From Patescibacteria group bacterium (GTDB taxonomy: Bacteria > Patescibacteriota > Minisyncoccia > Phycocordibacterales > UBA918), in contig JAIEOU010000009.1 in the NCBI GenBank assembly GCA_019750255.1, forward strand, positions 5,497-69,496: a DNA stretch of 64,000 bases, read 5' to 3'. Below the pieces are notes generated by a model. The model worked only from the letters and a program-made list of their open reading frames with translations. It was not told where the DNA came from and searched no databases. The position numbers and the translations under genes are program-made. This document shows, piece after piece, positions 8,842 through 17,798 of this stretch (position 1 is the stretch's first letter; the number at the start of each line of letters is the position of its first letter).

Positions 8842-10137
8842 ATGTATATGCACTTCGGTCTACGGACGTCTGAAGTTACTCCCCAGCGAGATATTCGCTC
8901 TGAGCCTGATTCACCGTCCTCACTTAAGACACTACTCTCTGCGCCTGGCCCACTCTCCATCATTACACTTGTAGAAACCTGTCTTCGAGAGGCACACCAC
9001 CAACACGCTTCCGACATTCATATCGAACCAAACGAACACGCCATCCGTGTTCGTTTTCGTATTGACGGCATGCTCTGCGACATCGTCACCCTTCCACGCA
9101 CTATACATTCGGAAATAATTTCTCGTATTAAAGTACTCTCCCATCTGCGGACCGACGAGCACCAAGCGGCACAGGACGGCCGCTTTCGCGCAACTTTTGC
9201 CACCACTGCGGTTGATATACGCGTTTCGATTGCCCCGACCCATCATGGGGAAAATGCCGTACTGAGACTACTTACTGAACACGCCACCCCGCGCACACTT
9301 AGCACACTCGGACTACATGAGAACGATCAAGCAAAAATTGAGCGGGCGGTCGCCTGCCAGAGCGGCATGATACTGGCAACCGGGCCAACCGGATCGGGAA
9401 AGACCTCAACGTTATATACCCTTCTCAAGTTACTCAATCACTCAGAAATCTCTATCGTCACAATTGAAGACCCTATTGAGTACGCAGTAGCTGGGGTTAC
9501 CCAAATGCAGATCAACCCGAGGTCTAACCTCACTTTCGCCAATGGGCTGCGTACCGTCTTGCGCCAGGACCCCAACGTTATTATGGTTGGTGAAATTCGT
9601 GATGCCGAAACCGCTAACATCGCTATTAATACGGCTCTCACCGGACACCTCCTCCTCTCCACCCTCCATACGAATGACGCTGCCACCACACTACCTCGAC
9701 TGCTCGATATGGGGGTAGATGCCTATCTGGTAGCGTCAACAATAAACATTGCCATCGGCCAACGCCTTGTGAGAAAAATCTGCCTACACTGCCGCACCAA
9801 GCACACGCCCACTGAAGCCGAGACACGCCACCTTAAATTGTCCTCACACACAACAACTGAGAAGTACGAAAACGTACCAAACAAATTTTTTCACGGCGCT
9901 GGCTGCCCTGCCTGCAACCACTCGGGCTATGCCGGGCGAATTGGCATATACGAAGTCCTCGTCGTGTCACCTACCATTCGCGAAGCAATCTTACAACGAG
10001 CTTCAGCTGCGACCATACATACCATCGCTCAAAGTGAAGGCCTTACCTCAATGTTTGAAGATGGCTTACGAAAAGCCGCGAAGGGTGACACAACGATAGC
10101 GGAAGTCTTGCGCGTGGTTGGGACACCAATTTCCTAA
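8842..10137 (+). CDS. pilB: type IV pilus/T2SS assembly ATPase, GspE/PilB family, short form lacking the N1 domain
   Basis: Walker A GPTGSGKTST, Asp box VGEIRD, His box ALTGHLLLSTLHTN and tetracysteine motif CLHC...CPAC. True start codon uncertain. Confidence 0.85.
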   Translation: MYMHFGLRTSEVTPQRDIRSEPDSPSSLKTLLSAPGPLSIITLVETCLREAHHQHASDIHIEPNEHAIRVRFRIDGMLCDIVTLPRTIHSEIISRIKVLSHLRTDEHQAAQDGRFRATFATTAVDIRVSIAPTHHGENAVLRLLTEHATPRTLSTLGLHENDQAKIERAVACQSGMILATGPTGSGKTSTLYTLLKLLNHSEISIVTIEDPIEYAVAGVTQMQINPRSNLTFANGLRTVLRQDPNVIMVGEIRDAETANIAINTALTGHLLLSTLHTNDAATTLPRLLDMGVDAYLVASTINIAIGQRLVRKICLHCRTKHTPTEAETRHLKLSSHTTTEKYENVPNKFFHGAGCPACNHSGYAGRIGIYEVLVVSPTIREAILQRASAATIHTIAQSEGLTSMFEDGLRKAAKGDTTIAEVLRVVGTPIS

Positions 10138-10145
10138 AGCCCTAC

Positions 10146-11327
10146 ATGAAATCTCTTTTCATAATGATATGGAACTTTGTCCGGCCCCATGACCAGCCTC
10201 GGCCGGCGCCAGGAAATACCCCACCGCCCGGACCACCACCCACCGTTACTTCAGCACCAAGTTCCATACTTTTTGTTCGCTTCACCACCAAAGACCGGGT
10301 ACTCTTTGCCCAGCGCTTATCTTTTCTCCTGCGAGCGAATGTAAGTTTAGTTGAAAGTCTCACGCTCATTCATAATCAAACCAAATCACAGCGTCGACAA
10401 CATCTCTACGCTACCGTCATCTCAGATATTCAAGCTGGACACACGCTTTCAAACAGCCTCCGTAAGTACCAATCGTTATTTGGCGAGTTTACCATCAACA
10501 TAATCAACGTTGGTGAGCAGGTCGGTGCACTCTCAGAAAATCTCGCCTATCTGGCCGATGCGCTCGCTAAAAAACACGCACTGGGGCGCAAAGTACGCAG
10601 CGCCCTCATTTATCCTCTATTCATTTCAGTCACCACGCTCGGGGTAACGGGATTTCTCGTGATGTATCTATTCCCAAAAATCATGCCAATTTTTGTTTCA
10701 CTTTCGATTGATCTACCACCTACCACCCGAGCTCTCCTCGCACTTAGTGAGTTTTTACGCGCACACGGTGGTGCGACAGTTGTACTCGGATTATGTATCT
10801 GTGTAACTTTTCTTGTGCTACGCACCAAGATTACCTCTTTGCGATTTGCTACCGACCACCTCATACTGACCACTCCGGTCGCCGGCCCCATTGTCCGTTT
10901 GTATAATTGTGCGAACTTTTGTCGGACGCTCGCACTTTGTCTTCACTCTGGTATCAGTCTTTCTGAAGCCCTTACCATTACCGCACAGACGACTCCTAAC
11001 CTCGTCTTCAAACGGGCATACGGGGCGTTCGCGGAGTCTGTGGCACGTGGTGAAAAAATCTCTAGGGCGATGTCGTCGTATACTTCACTCTTTCCCGAAC
11101 TGCTTCCACAACTACTGCTAATTGGAGAAACAACCGGTACTCTATCTAAAACCCTAACGTATGTCACGGAACTGTACGATACAGAGGTTGATGAAGTAAC
11201 AAAGAATCTCTCAAGCACCATTGAACCGGTTCTCCTTCTCACCATGGGAGTGTTTATTGGGTTGATTGCGGTTTCCGTAATCGCACCAATCTACGAGGTT
11301 ACTCAGCACCTTAACCACTCTTACTAA
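10146..11327 (+). CDS. pilC: type IV pilus platform protein, GspF/PilC family
   Basis: 393-aa polytopic protein with two GspF repeats (KDRVLFAQRLSFLLRANVSLVESL...). Pro-rich N-terminus, so the start is uncertain. Confidence 0.8.
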   Translation: MKSLFIMIWNFVRPHDQPRPAPGNTPPPGPPPTVTSAPSSILFVRFTTKDRVLFAQRLSFLLRANVSLVESLTLIHNQTKSQRRQHLYATVISDIQAGHTLSNSLRKYQSLFGEFTINIINVGEQVGALSENLAYLADALAKKHALGRKVRSALIYPLFISVTTLGVTGFLVMYLFPKIMPIFVSLSIDLPPTTRALLALSEFLRAHGGATVVLGLCICVTFLVLRTKITSLRFATDHLILTTPVAGPIVRLYNCANFCRTLALCLHSGISLSEALTITAQTTPNLVFKRAYGAFAESVARGEKISRAMSSYTSLFPELLPQLLLIGETTGTLSKTLTYVTELYDTEVDEVTKNLSSTIEPVLLLTMGVFIGLIAVSVIAPIYEVTQHLNHSY

Positions 11328-11341
11328 TTCCCCAAGCAATC

Positions 11342-11794
11342 ATGGCCACTACTAGCGGATTTACTCTCATTGAACTGCTCATCGTCATGAGCCTGCTTGC
11401 GGTGATTGCAGCGTTTAGTGCCCCTTTAAGCTTAACGAGTTTGTCACACTCTACCCTGCTTCAAGAGCGTGATGTGTTAGTTTCTCTGGTCCTCATGAAC
11501 GCAAGATCTGCTGCACTAGTGAATAGAGACCGCTCGGCTCAGGGTGTTTTTATAGATCAAACAAATAGACAGTACGTGCTTTTTAATGGCAGTACTTACA
11601 CGCAAGGAGCGCCGAGTAACCGCCTCATACCCTTTATTAGCCAATCGGTTGCGGTCAGTAACAGTGGTGGCGATACCATTATTTTTGCCCCTCACACCGG
11701 AACCATTATCAAGGGTGCCGGTACCATCAGCGTCGGGAGCGGTATTGCTACTCATACTGTTACCACAAACGACGTCGGGATGATTGACTGGTAA
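11342..11794 (+). CDS. type IV pilin-like protein (class III signal peptide)
   Basis: MATTSG|FTLIELLIVMSLLAVIAAF: canonical G-F-T-L-I-E prepilin cleavage and methylation motif. Confidence 0.8.
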   Translation: MATTSGFTLIELLIVMSLLAVIAAFSAPLSLTSLSHSTLLQERDVLVSLVLMNARSAALVNRDRSAQGVFIDQTNRQYVLFNGSTYTQGAPSNRLIPFISQSVAVSNSGGDTIIFAPHTGTIIKGAGTISVGSGIATHTVTTNDVGMIDW

Positions 11795-11797
11795 CGT

Positions 11798-13357
11798 ATG
11801 CATACGAACCCTACCTACAGCGAAGTTTCACCCTCGACGCACGCTGCCGGCTTTTCTACCATTGAAATACTTTTATCTTTTACCGTCGGCACACTGTTTC
11901 TCACCGCTGCCCTCATGCTGGTAGTGAGTGGACCTGGGCTAAATACCCGGTATTCACTAGACAGCAGTAACACCCTTGTGCTCGATGCGGCGCTTGATAC
12001 TCTTGGACTCTCTCTACTCACCCAAAGCCTTACCTCTACCACCGCTGCCCTACAAACTCAGTGGCACCGATCGATTTCTGGTTCAATTCGAATCGACCAA
12101 GGCTATGCAAAAAACCCACCATACATAACTGACATATCACCATGCCTTAAGGTTGTCACTAATGAAATAAGTTGGCTCCTGGGTGGTGGGCGTGTCCGTA
12201 ACAGCAGCCTCAGTGGAGTAGTGAGTAACGAACAGATTACTGGGGCTCTTGGAGGCGACTGCGATAGTGTACCGACGAGCGCAGACTGGTTTGCCCCACA
12301 GGTGCTTAGTCGGCACTCAATCACGTCCGGCACTCCGGTAGCACTCGACGTTCTAGGCGGGGCGGTCTACCTAAGTGACGCTGCCGGCATGTTACACATA
12401 ATTAACTTACAAGGTAATGCTATTAATGAGAACGGTGATTTTATTACTCCCCCGTTTGCAGCTGGTGCTACTTTGTTTGATGTTGATGTGGCAGACCACG
12501 TGGACCCCACAACCGGGGACCGTCACCGGTACGCATACACCGTACGGAACAGCACCTCAGACCAGTTGCAAGTAATTGACGTAGACAATCACACCGCACC
12601 CACGAGCACACCAGGAATGATAGTTACGTTTGGTGGCGCTAATCCTCCTCGCGGCAGCTTTCCCCAGGGATGGAGGCTCACCTACTATGACCGCATGGTC
12701 TACGCGCTCTCGCGTGAGACCGCCGGCTTTGAGTTTCATATTTTCGACGTCGGCGACCCTACTCGTCCCCGCGGGGTCGGACCCGGTTTCGAGGTAAACG
12801 GTACCGCAAACGACATCGCAGTTACTGATGTTTTTTTACCAACCACAACACAGCGAATAGCTATCTTGGGAACCGAACGTTCGGCACACGAAATTATGGT
12901 ACTGAACGTATCAAACCCACTCACACCGACGCTCATCACGAGCCTCGACCTACCCACGACGTTTGATGTGCGCTCCCTCTACCTTATTGGTAATCGTCTC
13001 TACGTCGGCCGCAATCGTACAACCGGCGGACCTGAATTGCTTGTATTTGAAATGACCTACAGCTCGACCTTACCCCTACAGTTAACTCTCACGCAACTTG
13101 GTACGGGAGTCGAAATTGGCGCCGATGTCACGAGCATCAAAGTAAGTGGGGTACAGGCATTTATTACCACCGCCAACGCAAATGACGCCTTCCAAATTTT
13201 TACTATAGAAAAGCCGACAGAAAACATAACCAGGATTGATACAGCCCCACTGCGACTCAGCGGCACTTTTCCGGCCGGGCTCGATTATTCCTCCCCATAC
13301 GTCTTTGTAGTAAGTAATGCCCTTCAGTCACTGCAGGTTATTCAGAGCTCACCATAA
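11798..13357 (+). CDS. large pilin-like protein fused to an LVIVD-repeat beta-propeller (candidate pilus tip/adhesin)
   Basis: N-terminus AAG|FSTIEILLSFTVGTLFL is a prepilin motif. C-terminal 350 aa carry repeated hydrophobic-x-(V/I)-x-(D/N)-(V/I)-(S/D/G)-(N/D)-P-x-x-P units (EIMVLNVSNPLTP, HIFDVGDPTRP, QVIDVDNHTAP, FQIFTIEKPTE), typical of LVIVD repeats. Confidence 0.6.
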   Translation: MHTNPTYSEVSPSTHAAGFSTIEILLSFTVGTLFLTAALMLVVSGPGLNTRYSLDSSNTLVLDAALDTLGLSLLTQSLTSTTAALQTQWHRSISGSIRIDQGYAKNPPYITDISPCLKVVTNEISWLLGGGRVRNSSLSGVVSNEQITGALGGDCDSVPTSADWFAPQVLSRHSITSGTPVALDVLGGAVYLSDAAGMLHIINLQGNAINENGDFITPPFAAGATLFDVDVADHVDPTTGDRHRYAYTVRNSTSDQLQVIDVDNHTAPTSTPGMIVTFGGANPPRGSFPQGWRLTYYDRMVYALSRETAGFEFHIFDVGDPTRPRGVGPGFEVNGTANDIAVTDVFLPTTTQRIAILGTERSAHEIMVLNVSNPLTPTLITSLDLPTTFDVRSLYLIGNRLYVGRNRTTGGPELLVFEMTYSSTLPLQLTLTQLGTGVEIGADVTSIKVSGVQAFITTANANDAFQIFTIEKPTENITRIDTAPLRLSGTFPAGLDYSSPYVFVVSNALQSLQVIQSSP

Positions 13358-13362
13358 TACGT

Positions 13363-13899
13363 ATGCCACTTCATCACGATCATCAACAAGATGGAGTTAC
13401 TCTCCTTGAAGCCATCATTTACGTCGCTCTCTTTAGTGCTCTCACTACCGGTGTTTTGATGAGTGTCTATCCCCTCTTTACCGGAGCCGCTCGTCATACC
13501 GAACTTATTGCAACCCATAGTGACATAGTGTTTATTTTGAAAAAAATTGAACAAACACTTAGCGACAGTATCACCACACCATCCTCCACAATTCTTGTAC
13601 CGCCTTCCGGCCAAAGCGCCGAAACACTCGCTATACAAAGCACGACTGGCAGCATATTTACTTTTACTATTGATACAGCCCCGTCTGGCTGCACACCGCC
13701 GCGTCTCTGCGCCACCCTTACCCTCAAGACCAATAGCGGCCCGGCATTATCGCTTAATAGCAGGAGGATTCACATTAGTGATTTTACGGTGACTCACACT
13801 GAGCAAGGACTCGATTGCTCGAGTGTTCGCTGTCTCGACATATCATTTGCAGCTAACGGACAAGCGGTCGGACCACTCCGTTACTATCTCCGTTTCTAG
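13363..13899 (+). CDS. minor pilin-like protein
   Basis: QQDG|VTLLEAIIYVALFSAL: prepilin N-terminus with Glu at +5. Confidence 0.65.
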   Translation: MPLHHDHQQDGVTLLEAIIYVALFSALTTGVLMSVYPLFTGAARHTELIATHSDIVFILKKIEQTLSDSITTPSSTILVPPSGQSAETLAIQSTTGSIFTFTIDTAPSGCTPPRLCATLTLKTNSGPALSLNSRRIHISDFTVTHTEQGLDCSSVRCLDISFAANGQAVGPLRYYLRF

Positions 13900-13901
13900 T
13901 T

Positions 13902-14303
13902 ATGAAAAATCATTTCGCACCCCGAGGATTCATAGCCCTTCTAACCATGATAATAATTTCATCGGTGTTGCTCGTCACTACTCTGTCTCTAGCACAATTT
14001 GGCCTTACCCATCGCTATTTCATACTTGATCTTGAACATAAGTCCGTGAGTACTCATTTAGCTGAGGCGTGTGTCCACATCGCTCGCGTCCTCATCATGA
14101 ATAGCCAGAGTGATAGCCTGACCTTTCCCCACCCCTTTCCCGTTCACCAAGAGTTCTGCACGATCCATTTAATAACCCGAGCGGGCACGACCAGCGCCGT
14201 AGAAACAGAGGGAACGCATGAAGGTATATCGACACACTACTCCGTCACCGTCGACAACAACAACGGTAGCTTTCTCTCCTGGGAGGAGATAATTAACCCC
14301 TAG
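13902..14303 (+). CDS. pilin-like hydrophobic-N-terminus protein (no Glu+5)
   Basis: APRG|FIALLTMIIISSVLLV is pilin-like but lacks the +5 Glu. Operon context only. Confidence 0.4.
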   Translation: MKNHFAPRGFIALLTMIIISSVLLVTTLSLAQFGLTHRYFILDLEHKSVSTHLAEACVHIARVLIMNSQSDSLTFPHPFPVHQEFCTIHLITRAGTTSAVETEGTHEGISTHYSVTVDNNNGSFLSWEEIINP

Positions 14304-14410
14304 CTATAAACAGAACTATTAATCCAAAAAATTTTAAGCACCCCCTACCGTATATAATTTAGATAACGGAAAGATGCTTCACGCAACTATACTTATCTAT
14401 AATTTATTGT

Positions 14411-14899
14411 ATGAAAAATCACACACAGAGGTCCACCCAAGGATTTACGTTGATTGAGATTCTTATCGTTATTGCAATCTTGGCTGTGCTGGCCGCCATC
14501 GTACTGGTCGCCATTAATCCAGCCCGCCAATTTCGTCAGGCCAATAATGCCCAACGCGTGAGTAACGTTAATGCTCTATTAAATGCCGTTAGCCAATACA
14601 CCGTCGACGAGAAGGGCGCCATTCCGTCCGAAATTGAAGCTGATGCTGACGAGATTAATGGCACGAGTGGTAGCGACCACGCTGATCTCTGCGCACTACT
14701 AGTACCAAAGTATCTCCCCGCCCTACCGGCCGACCCAAGCAAGAGTGACCAAAGTATTACCGAAGACAAGTGCGGTAGCGCATACTCAACCGGCTATGAA
14801 ATTAAAGCTGAGAACGGTCGCGTCGTCGTCTCGGCACCGCTCACCGAGGATGAGGATACCGGGGCGATAGCGAGTGACATCATTAGCGTAACGCGCTAA
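14411..14899 (+). CDS. pilA: type IVa major pilin candidate
   Basis: STQG|FTLIEILIVIAILAVLAAIVLVAI: textbook T4a pilin N-terminus; 162 aa. Last gene before the terminator. Confidence 0.8.
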   Translation: MKNHTQRSTQGFTLIEILIVIAILAVLAAIVLVAINPARQFRQANNAQRVSNVNALLNAVSQYTVDEKGAIPSEIEADADEINGTSGSDHADLCALLVPKYLPALPADPSKSDQSITEDKCGSAYSTGYEIKAENGRVVVSAPLTEDEDTGAIASDIISVTR

Positions 14900-14967
14900 T
14901 AGGACCAACCGCGTAACTCGCCCCACGGCTGAGACGCCGGTCTCTACATCCGCATCGTCAGCTAACA

Positions 14968-14998
14968 CGAAAAAACACCCATTTGGGTGTTTTTTCGT
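14968..14998. terminator. bidirectional intrinsic terminator
   Basis: aaaaaACACCCatttGGGTGTtttttt. Confidence 0.75.
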
Positions 14999-15011
14999 AA
15001 CCAGAAGACAG

Positions 15012-15323
15012 CTACACAAAAAAGGAATATAGCACCTCTGCTTTTGAAACCCGTTCAAGACACTCCTCCTTCATCTGCTTGTGCTTTTGATTAACCTGCC
15101 TATCCGTGTTGGCTGGTAGACACTCACCCACCATTTCACCCAACACATAGGTAGTGCCATCAATAATGAAACTAAACACCGCCTCATGCACCAACCCCTC
15201 TTCACGTAAAGATGCTTCAGCTTCAGTACGAAATTGTGTTGTGAGTTCGACACACCACTCTCTCCAAGCTGCCTCTTTACCTGATTTCACCCTGAATACA
15301 TTGGCCACGGTTTTACTACTCAT
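15012..15323 (-). CDS. hypothetical protein (DUF6176-like pattern, weak)
   Basis: 103-aa ORF flanked by terminators on both sides. VFRVKSGKEAAWREW...EG...E.VF is loosely DUF6176-like. Confidence 0.4.
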   Translation of the reverse strand: MSSKTVANVFRVKSGKEAAWREWCVELTTQFRTEAEASLREEGLVHEAVFSFIIDGTTYVLGEMVGECLPANTDRQVNQKHKQMKEECLERVSKAEVLYSFFV

Positions 15324-15375
15324 ATATCTTTACCACCCATCATATGTCTTACCAAATAAAACTCAATGTGCATGA

Positions 15376-15412
15376 TAACAAAACCGCCACCCTTTCGGGT
15401 GGCGGTTTGTTG
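15376..15412 (-). terminator. intrinsic terminator closing the rpsS-rplE unit
   Basis: On the minus strand: CAAACCGCCACCCgaaaGGGTGGCGGTTTTGTT. Lies downstream of rplE. Confidence 0.7.
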
Positions 15413-15482
15413 TTGCTGCTTCTTCAAGCCTGATTCAAAATTTTCAGATACCAGGAGCCAAGGATGAGCAGAAATAAGGAAC

Positions 15483-15551
15483 ACGTAGTGTGACTATATT
15501 TTGCTGAAACAAAAGCTTGGTTGTATTCGACTTAATTAAGAGAATAGAACC
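15483..15551 (+). repeat. structured repeat element, copy C (right flank of the island)
   Basis: acgtagtgtgacTATATTTTgc matches the copy A flank at 20 of 22 positions. Hairpin GGTTGTATTCGACttaattaagaGAATAGAACC has conserved TTCGAC and GAGAAT with a new covarying base stem. Confidence 0.55.
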
Positions 15552-15645
15552 GTAGCTTTTGAGCGAGGACAGGAGGCGTACATATTGTACGATAACTGTC
15601 CGAGCGAAGTATGCGACAAAGTATCTGGAGATTTTGGGCAGGCGA

Positions 15646-16182
15646 CTACGCGGCCTGGAGAGGTACTCCGATGTGCCGCAAGAAAGCCTCAGCTTCCTTC
15701 TTCCCTTTCGCAGTAGTCACAATCGTGATACCGAGTGGGAACACATCCTTGATTTCTTCTTCACCACACTCCGGGAAAATAGTGTGCTCTTTGATACCGA
15801 TTGAGTAGTTACCCATAGCATCGATAGAGGAACGCTTAAGACCCTGGAAATCGCGCGTCTGTGGGAGCGCAAGGTGAACGAGCTTATCGAGGAAGTGGAC
15901 CATACGAGCGCCGCGCAAGGTAATCTGGTAGCCGATGATATCACCCTTACGTGACTTAAACGACGCCACTGACTGCTTGGCTGGACGTGGTGCCGCCTTC
16001 TGACCAGTGATAAGGGCGAGACGATCGCGGATGAGCGCGAGCTTTGCCTTATCCTGAACGCGGCCGGTACCGACCGAGATAACCACCTTCTCTACCTTTG
16101 GTGCCTGCATCACATTTTTGTAACCAAACTCGTCTTTGAGGGACGCGTAGGCTGACTTGATGCGTGTATTAACTGATTCCAT
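15646..16182 (-). CDS. rplE: 50S ribosomal protein L5
   Basis: 178 aa; NVMQAPKVEKVVISVG and ITLRGARMVHFLDKL are L5 motifs. Confidence 0.9.
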   Translation of the reverse strand: MESVNTRIKSAYASLKDEFGYKNVMQAPKVEKVVISVGTGRVQDKAKLALIRDRLALITGQKAAPRPAKQSVASFKSRKGDIIGYQITLRGARMVHFLDKLVHLALPQTRDFQGLKRSSIDAMGNYSIGIKEHTIFPECGEEEIKDVFPLGITIVTTAKGKKEAEAFLRHIGVPLQAA

Positions 16183-16191
16183 ATATAGTGG

Positions 16192-16503
16192 TTATACCTT
16201 TTTACCGGTAGGGCGAGCCACGCGCACCTTGGTGCGCTTGTCTCCCTCACCTTCAATCTGGTAACCGGTTCGAACTGCCTTGTCGCCCACCATCAGGCCT
16301 ACGTTAGAAATGTGGATCGGCATGCTTTTTTCGATAATCTGTCCCTGGCTGCGCGCGCGGCGGCTCTTCTGGTGACGCTTGACCACATTGAGACCCTCAA
16401 TCACAACCGCGTCGGATTTTACGAGAACAGTCAGTACAGTCCCCGTCTTGCCTTTGTCCTTGCCGGTGCGCACGATGACGGTGTCGCCTTTACGAATTTT
16501 CAT
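16192..16503 (-). CDS. rplX: 50S ribosomal protein L24
   Basis: MKIRKGDTVIVRTGKDKGKTGTV is the KOW motif. Start trimmed to the internal ATG (the ORF-track N-terminus overlaps rplN). Confidence 0.85.
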   Translation of the reverse strand: MKIRKGDTVIVRTGKDKGKTGTVLTVLVKSDAVVIEGLNVVKRHQKSRRARSQGQIIEKSMPIHISNVGLMVGDKAVRTGYQIEGEGDKRTKVRVARPTGKKV

Positions 16504-16519
16504 ACGATTTGACTTGAGA

Positions 16520-16888
16520 CTAGACGACCTCGGGAGCGAGGTTGACGATTTTCTGATAATTAGCCGCGAGCTCGCGTGGAATTGGACCAAACACACGGTT
16601 TGCCTTTGGTTCCTTCTTTACCTTGTCCACAAGCACAACAGCATTATCGTCAAAGCTCACGTACGAACCATCCTTACGACGGAATGGCTTGCGCTGACGA
16701 ACGATTACGCCATACACGACATCCTTCTTCTTTACCGCTTTGCGCGGCTCAGCAGTCTGTACTGAGAGTACGACCATTTCACCAATTTCAGCGTACCGCT
16801 TTTTTGATCCGCCAAGAACCTTGAACACGCGGCCCATCTTGGCACCCGAGTTGTCAGTGATCTTTACGATTGATTGTGGCTGAATCAT
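16520..16888 (-). CDS. rplN: 50S ribosomal protein L14
   Basis: MIQPQSIVKITDNSGAK is the L14 N-terminus. Start trimmed to abut the rpsQ stop. Confidence 0.9.
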   Translation of the reverse strand: MIQPQSIVKITDNSGAKMGRVFKVLGGSKKRYAEIGEMVVLSVQTAEPRKAVKKKDVVYGVIVRQRKPFRRKDGSYVSFDDNAVVLVDKVKKEPKANRVFGPIPRELAANYQKIVNLAPEVV

Positions 16889-16889
16889 A

Positions 16890-17141
16890 TTAGGCGGTCT
16901 TAATGAGTTCGAAACGCTTACGCTTTGAAAGCGGGCGCGTCTCACCAATATCGACAATCTGGCCTACGGTCGCAGTGTTGCCCTCGTCATGCACGAGGAA
17001 CTTCTTGGTGCGGCGCATGAACTTTTTGTACTTTGGGTGCTTCACGTATCGTTCAACCGCAACCGTGATGGTGTCCTTCATTTTTGAAGCCACCACGCGA
17101 CCACGGAGAATACGACGCGTCTGTGTAGTTTCTGGTGTCAT
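16890..17141 (-). CDS. rpsQ: 30S ribosomal protein S17
   Basis: 83 aa; RGRVVASKMKDTITVAVERYVKHPKYKK. Confidence 0.9.
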   Translation of the reverse strand: MTPETTQTRRILRGRVVASKMKDTITVAVERYVKHPKYKKFMRRTKKFLVHDEGNTATVGQIVDIGETRPLSKRKRFELIKTA

Positions 17142-17143
17142 AC

Positions 17144-17344
17144 CTATTTCGTGATTACGTTACGGCGGCGCAGGGAGAGCTCGGTGAGCGCCTGGGCAAT
17201 CTCGAGCTTCGCCTTGCGGATGATGCCAGCCTTGCGACTGAACGCATCCTTGAAGCGCTCTGCTCGTACAGCCTCACGCGCCTCCATGACGATCTCCGCG
17301 AGATCGCGGTCACTCTTTTCCTTGAGAGAGATTTTCTTTGCCAT
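17144..17344 (-). CDS. rpmC: 50S ribosomal protein L29
   Basis: 66-aa helical protein in the L16/S17 context. Confidence 0.85.
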   Translation of the reverse strand: MAKKISLKEKSDRDLAEIVMEAREAVRAERFKDAFSRKAGIIRKAKLEIAQALTELSLRRRNVITK

Positions 17345-17353
17345 ACGTATGTA

Positions 17354-17788
17354 TTAGACGCGCGTTTCCTCGCGGGTCACGAACTTAGCTTGTAATGGGA
17401 GCTTCTTGGTCGCCTTACGGAAGGCTTCACGAGCGATAAGCTCACTCACGCCTTCAATTTCGAAAATGATGCGGCCGGGACGTACTTCAAACACAAAGTG
17501 ATCTGGATCACCCTTACCCTTACCCATCGGTACTTCAGCCGCCTTGCGGGTGACTGGTCGGTCCGGGAAGATACGAATCCATACCTTTCCTGCTTTACCG
17601 AGTGTACGTGAGATAACACGACGCGCCGCTTCAATCTGATTACTCTTTACGCGACACGCGGAGGTAGCCTTGAGGCCGTACGAACCAAACGAAACAGTGA
17701 TGCCGCGCGTCTCAGGAAGAGAACGCTTGGCCTCGCTGCGGCGGCCAGTTTGCCACTTGCGGTGCTTAACTTTTTTCGGGAATAACAT
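17354..17788 (-). CDS. rplP: 50S ribosomal protein L16
   Basis: MLFPKKVKHRKWQTGRR is the L16 N-terminus. Confidence 0.9.
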   Translation of the reverse strand: MLFPKKVKHRKWQTGRRSEAKRSLPETRGITVSFGSYGLKATSACRVKSNQIEAARRVISRTLGKAGKVWIRIFPDRPVTRKAAEVPMGKGKGDPDHFVFEVRPGRIIFEIEGVSELIAREAFRKATKKLPLQAKFVTREETRV

Positions 17789-17798
17789 AGCAGATTAC

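Noticed and set aside
6745-15645. Defence-system, CRISPR, integrase or transposase content in the insertions
   Set aside because: No repeat-spacer arrays, no recombinase or transposase motifs, and no large nuclease, helicase or ATPase defence signatures were seen in any insertion. The island hypothesis rests on repeats, TA and composition only.
15559-15808. Plus-strand ORFs overlapping rplE, and many other 60-200-aa ORFs antisense to ribosomal, tuf and fusA genes (e.g. 17941-18543, 31099-31662, 33431-33802, 39773-40222)
   Set aside because: They are antisense shadows of highly conserved genes, Arg/Ser/Pro-rich, with no motifs.
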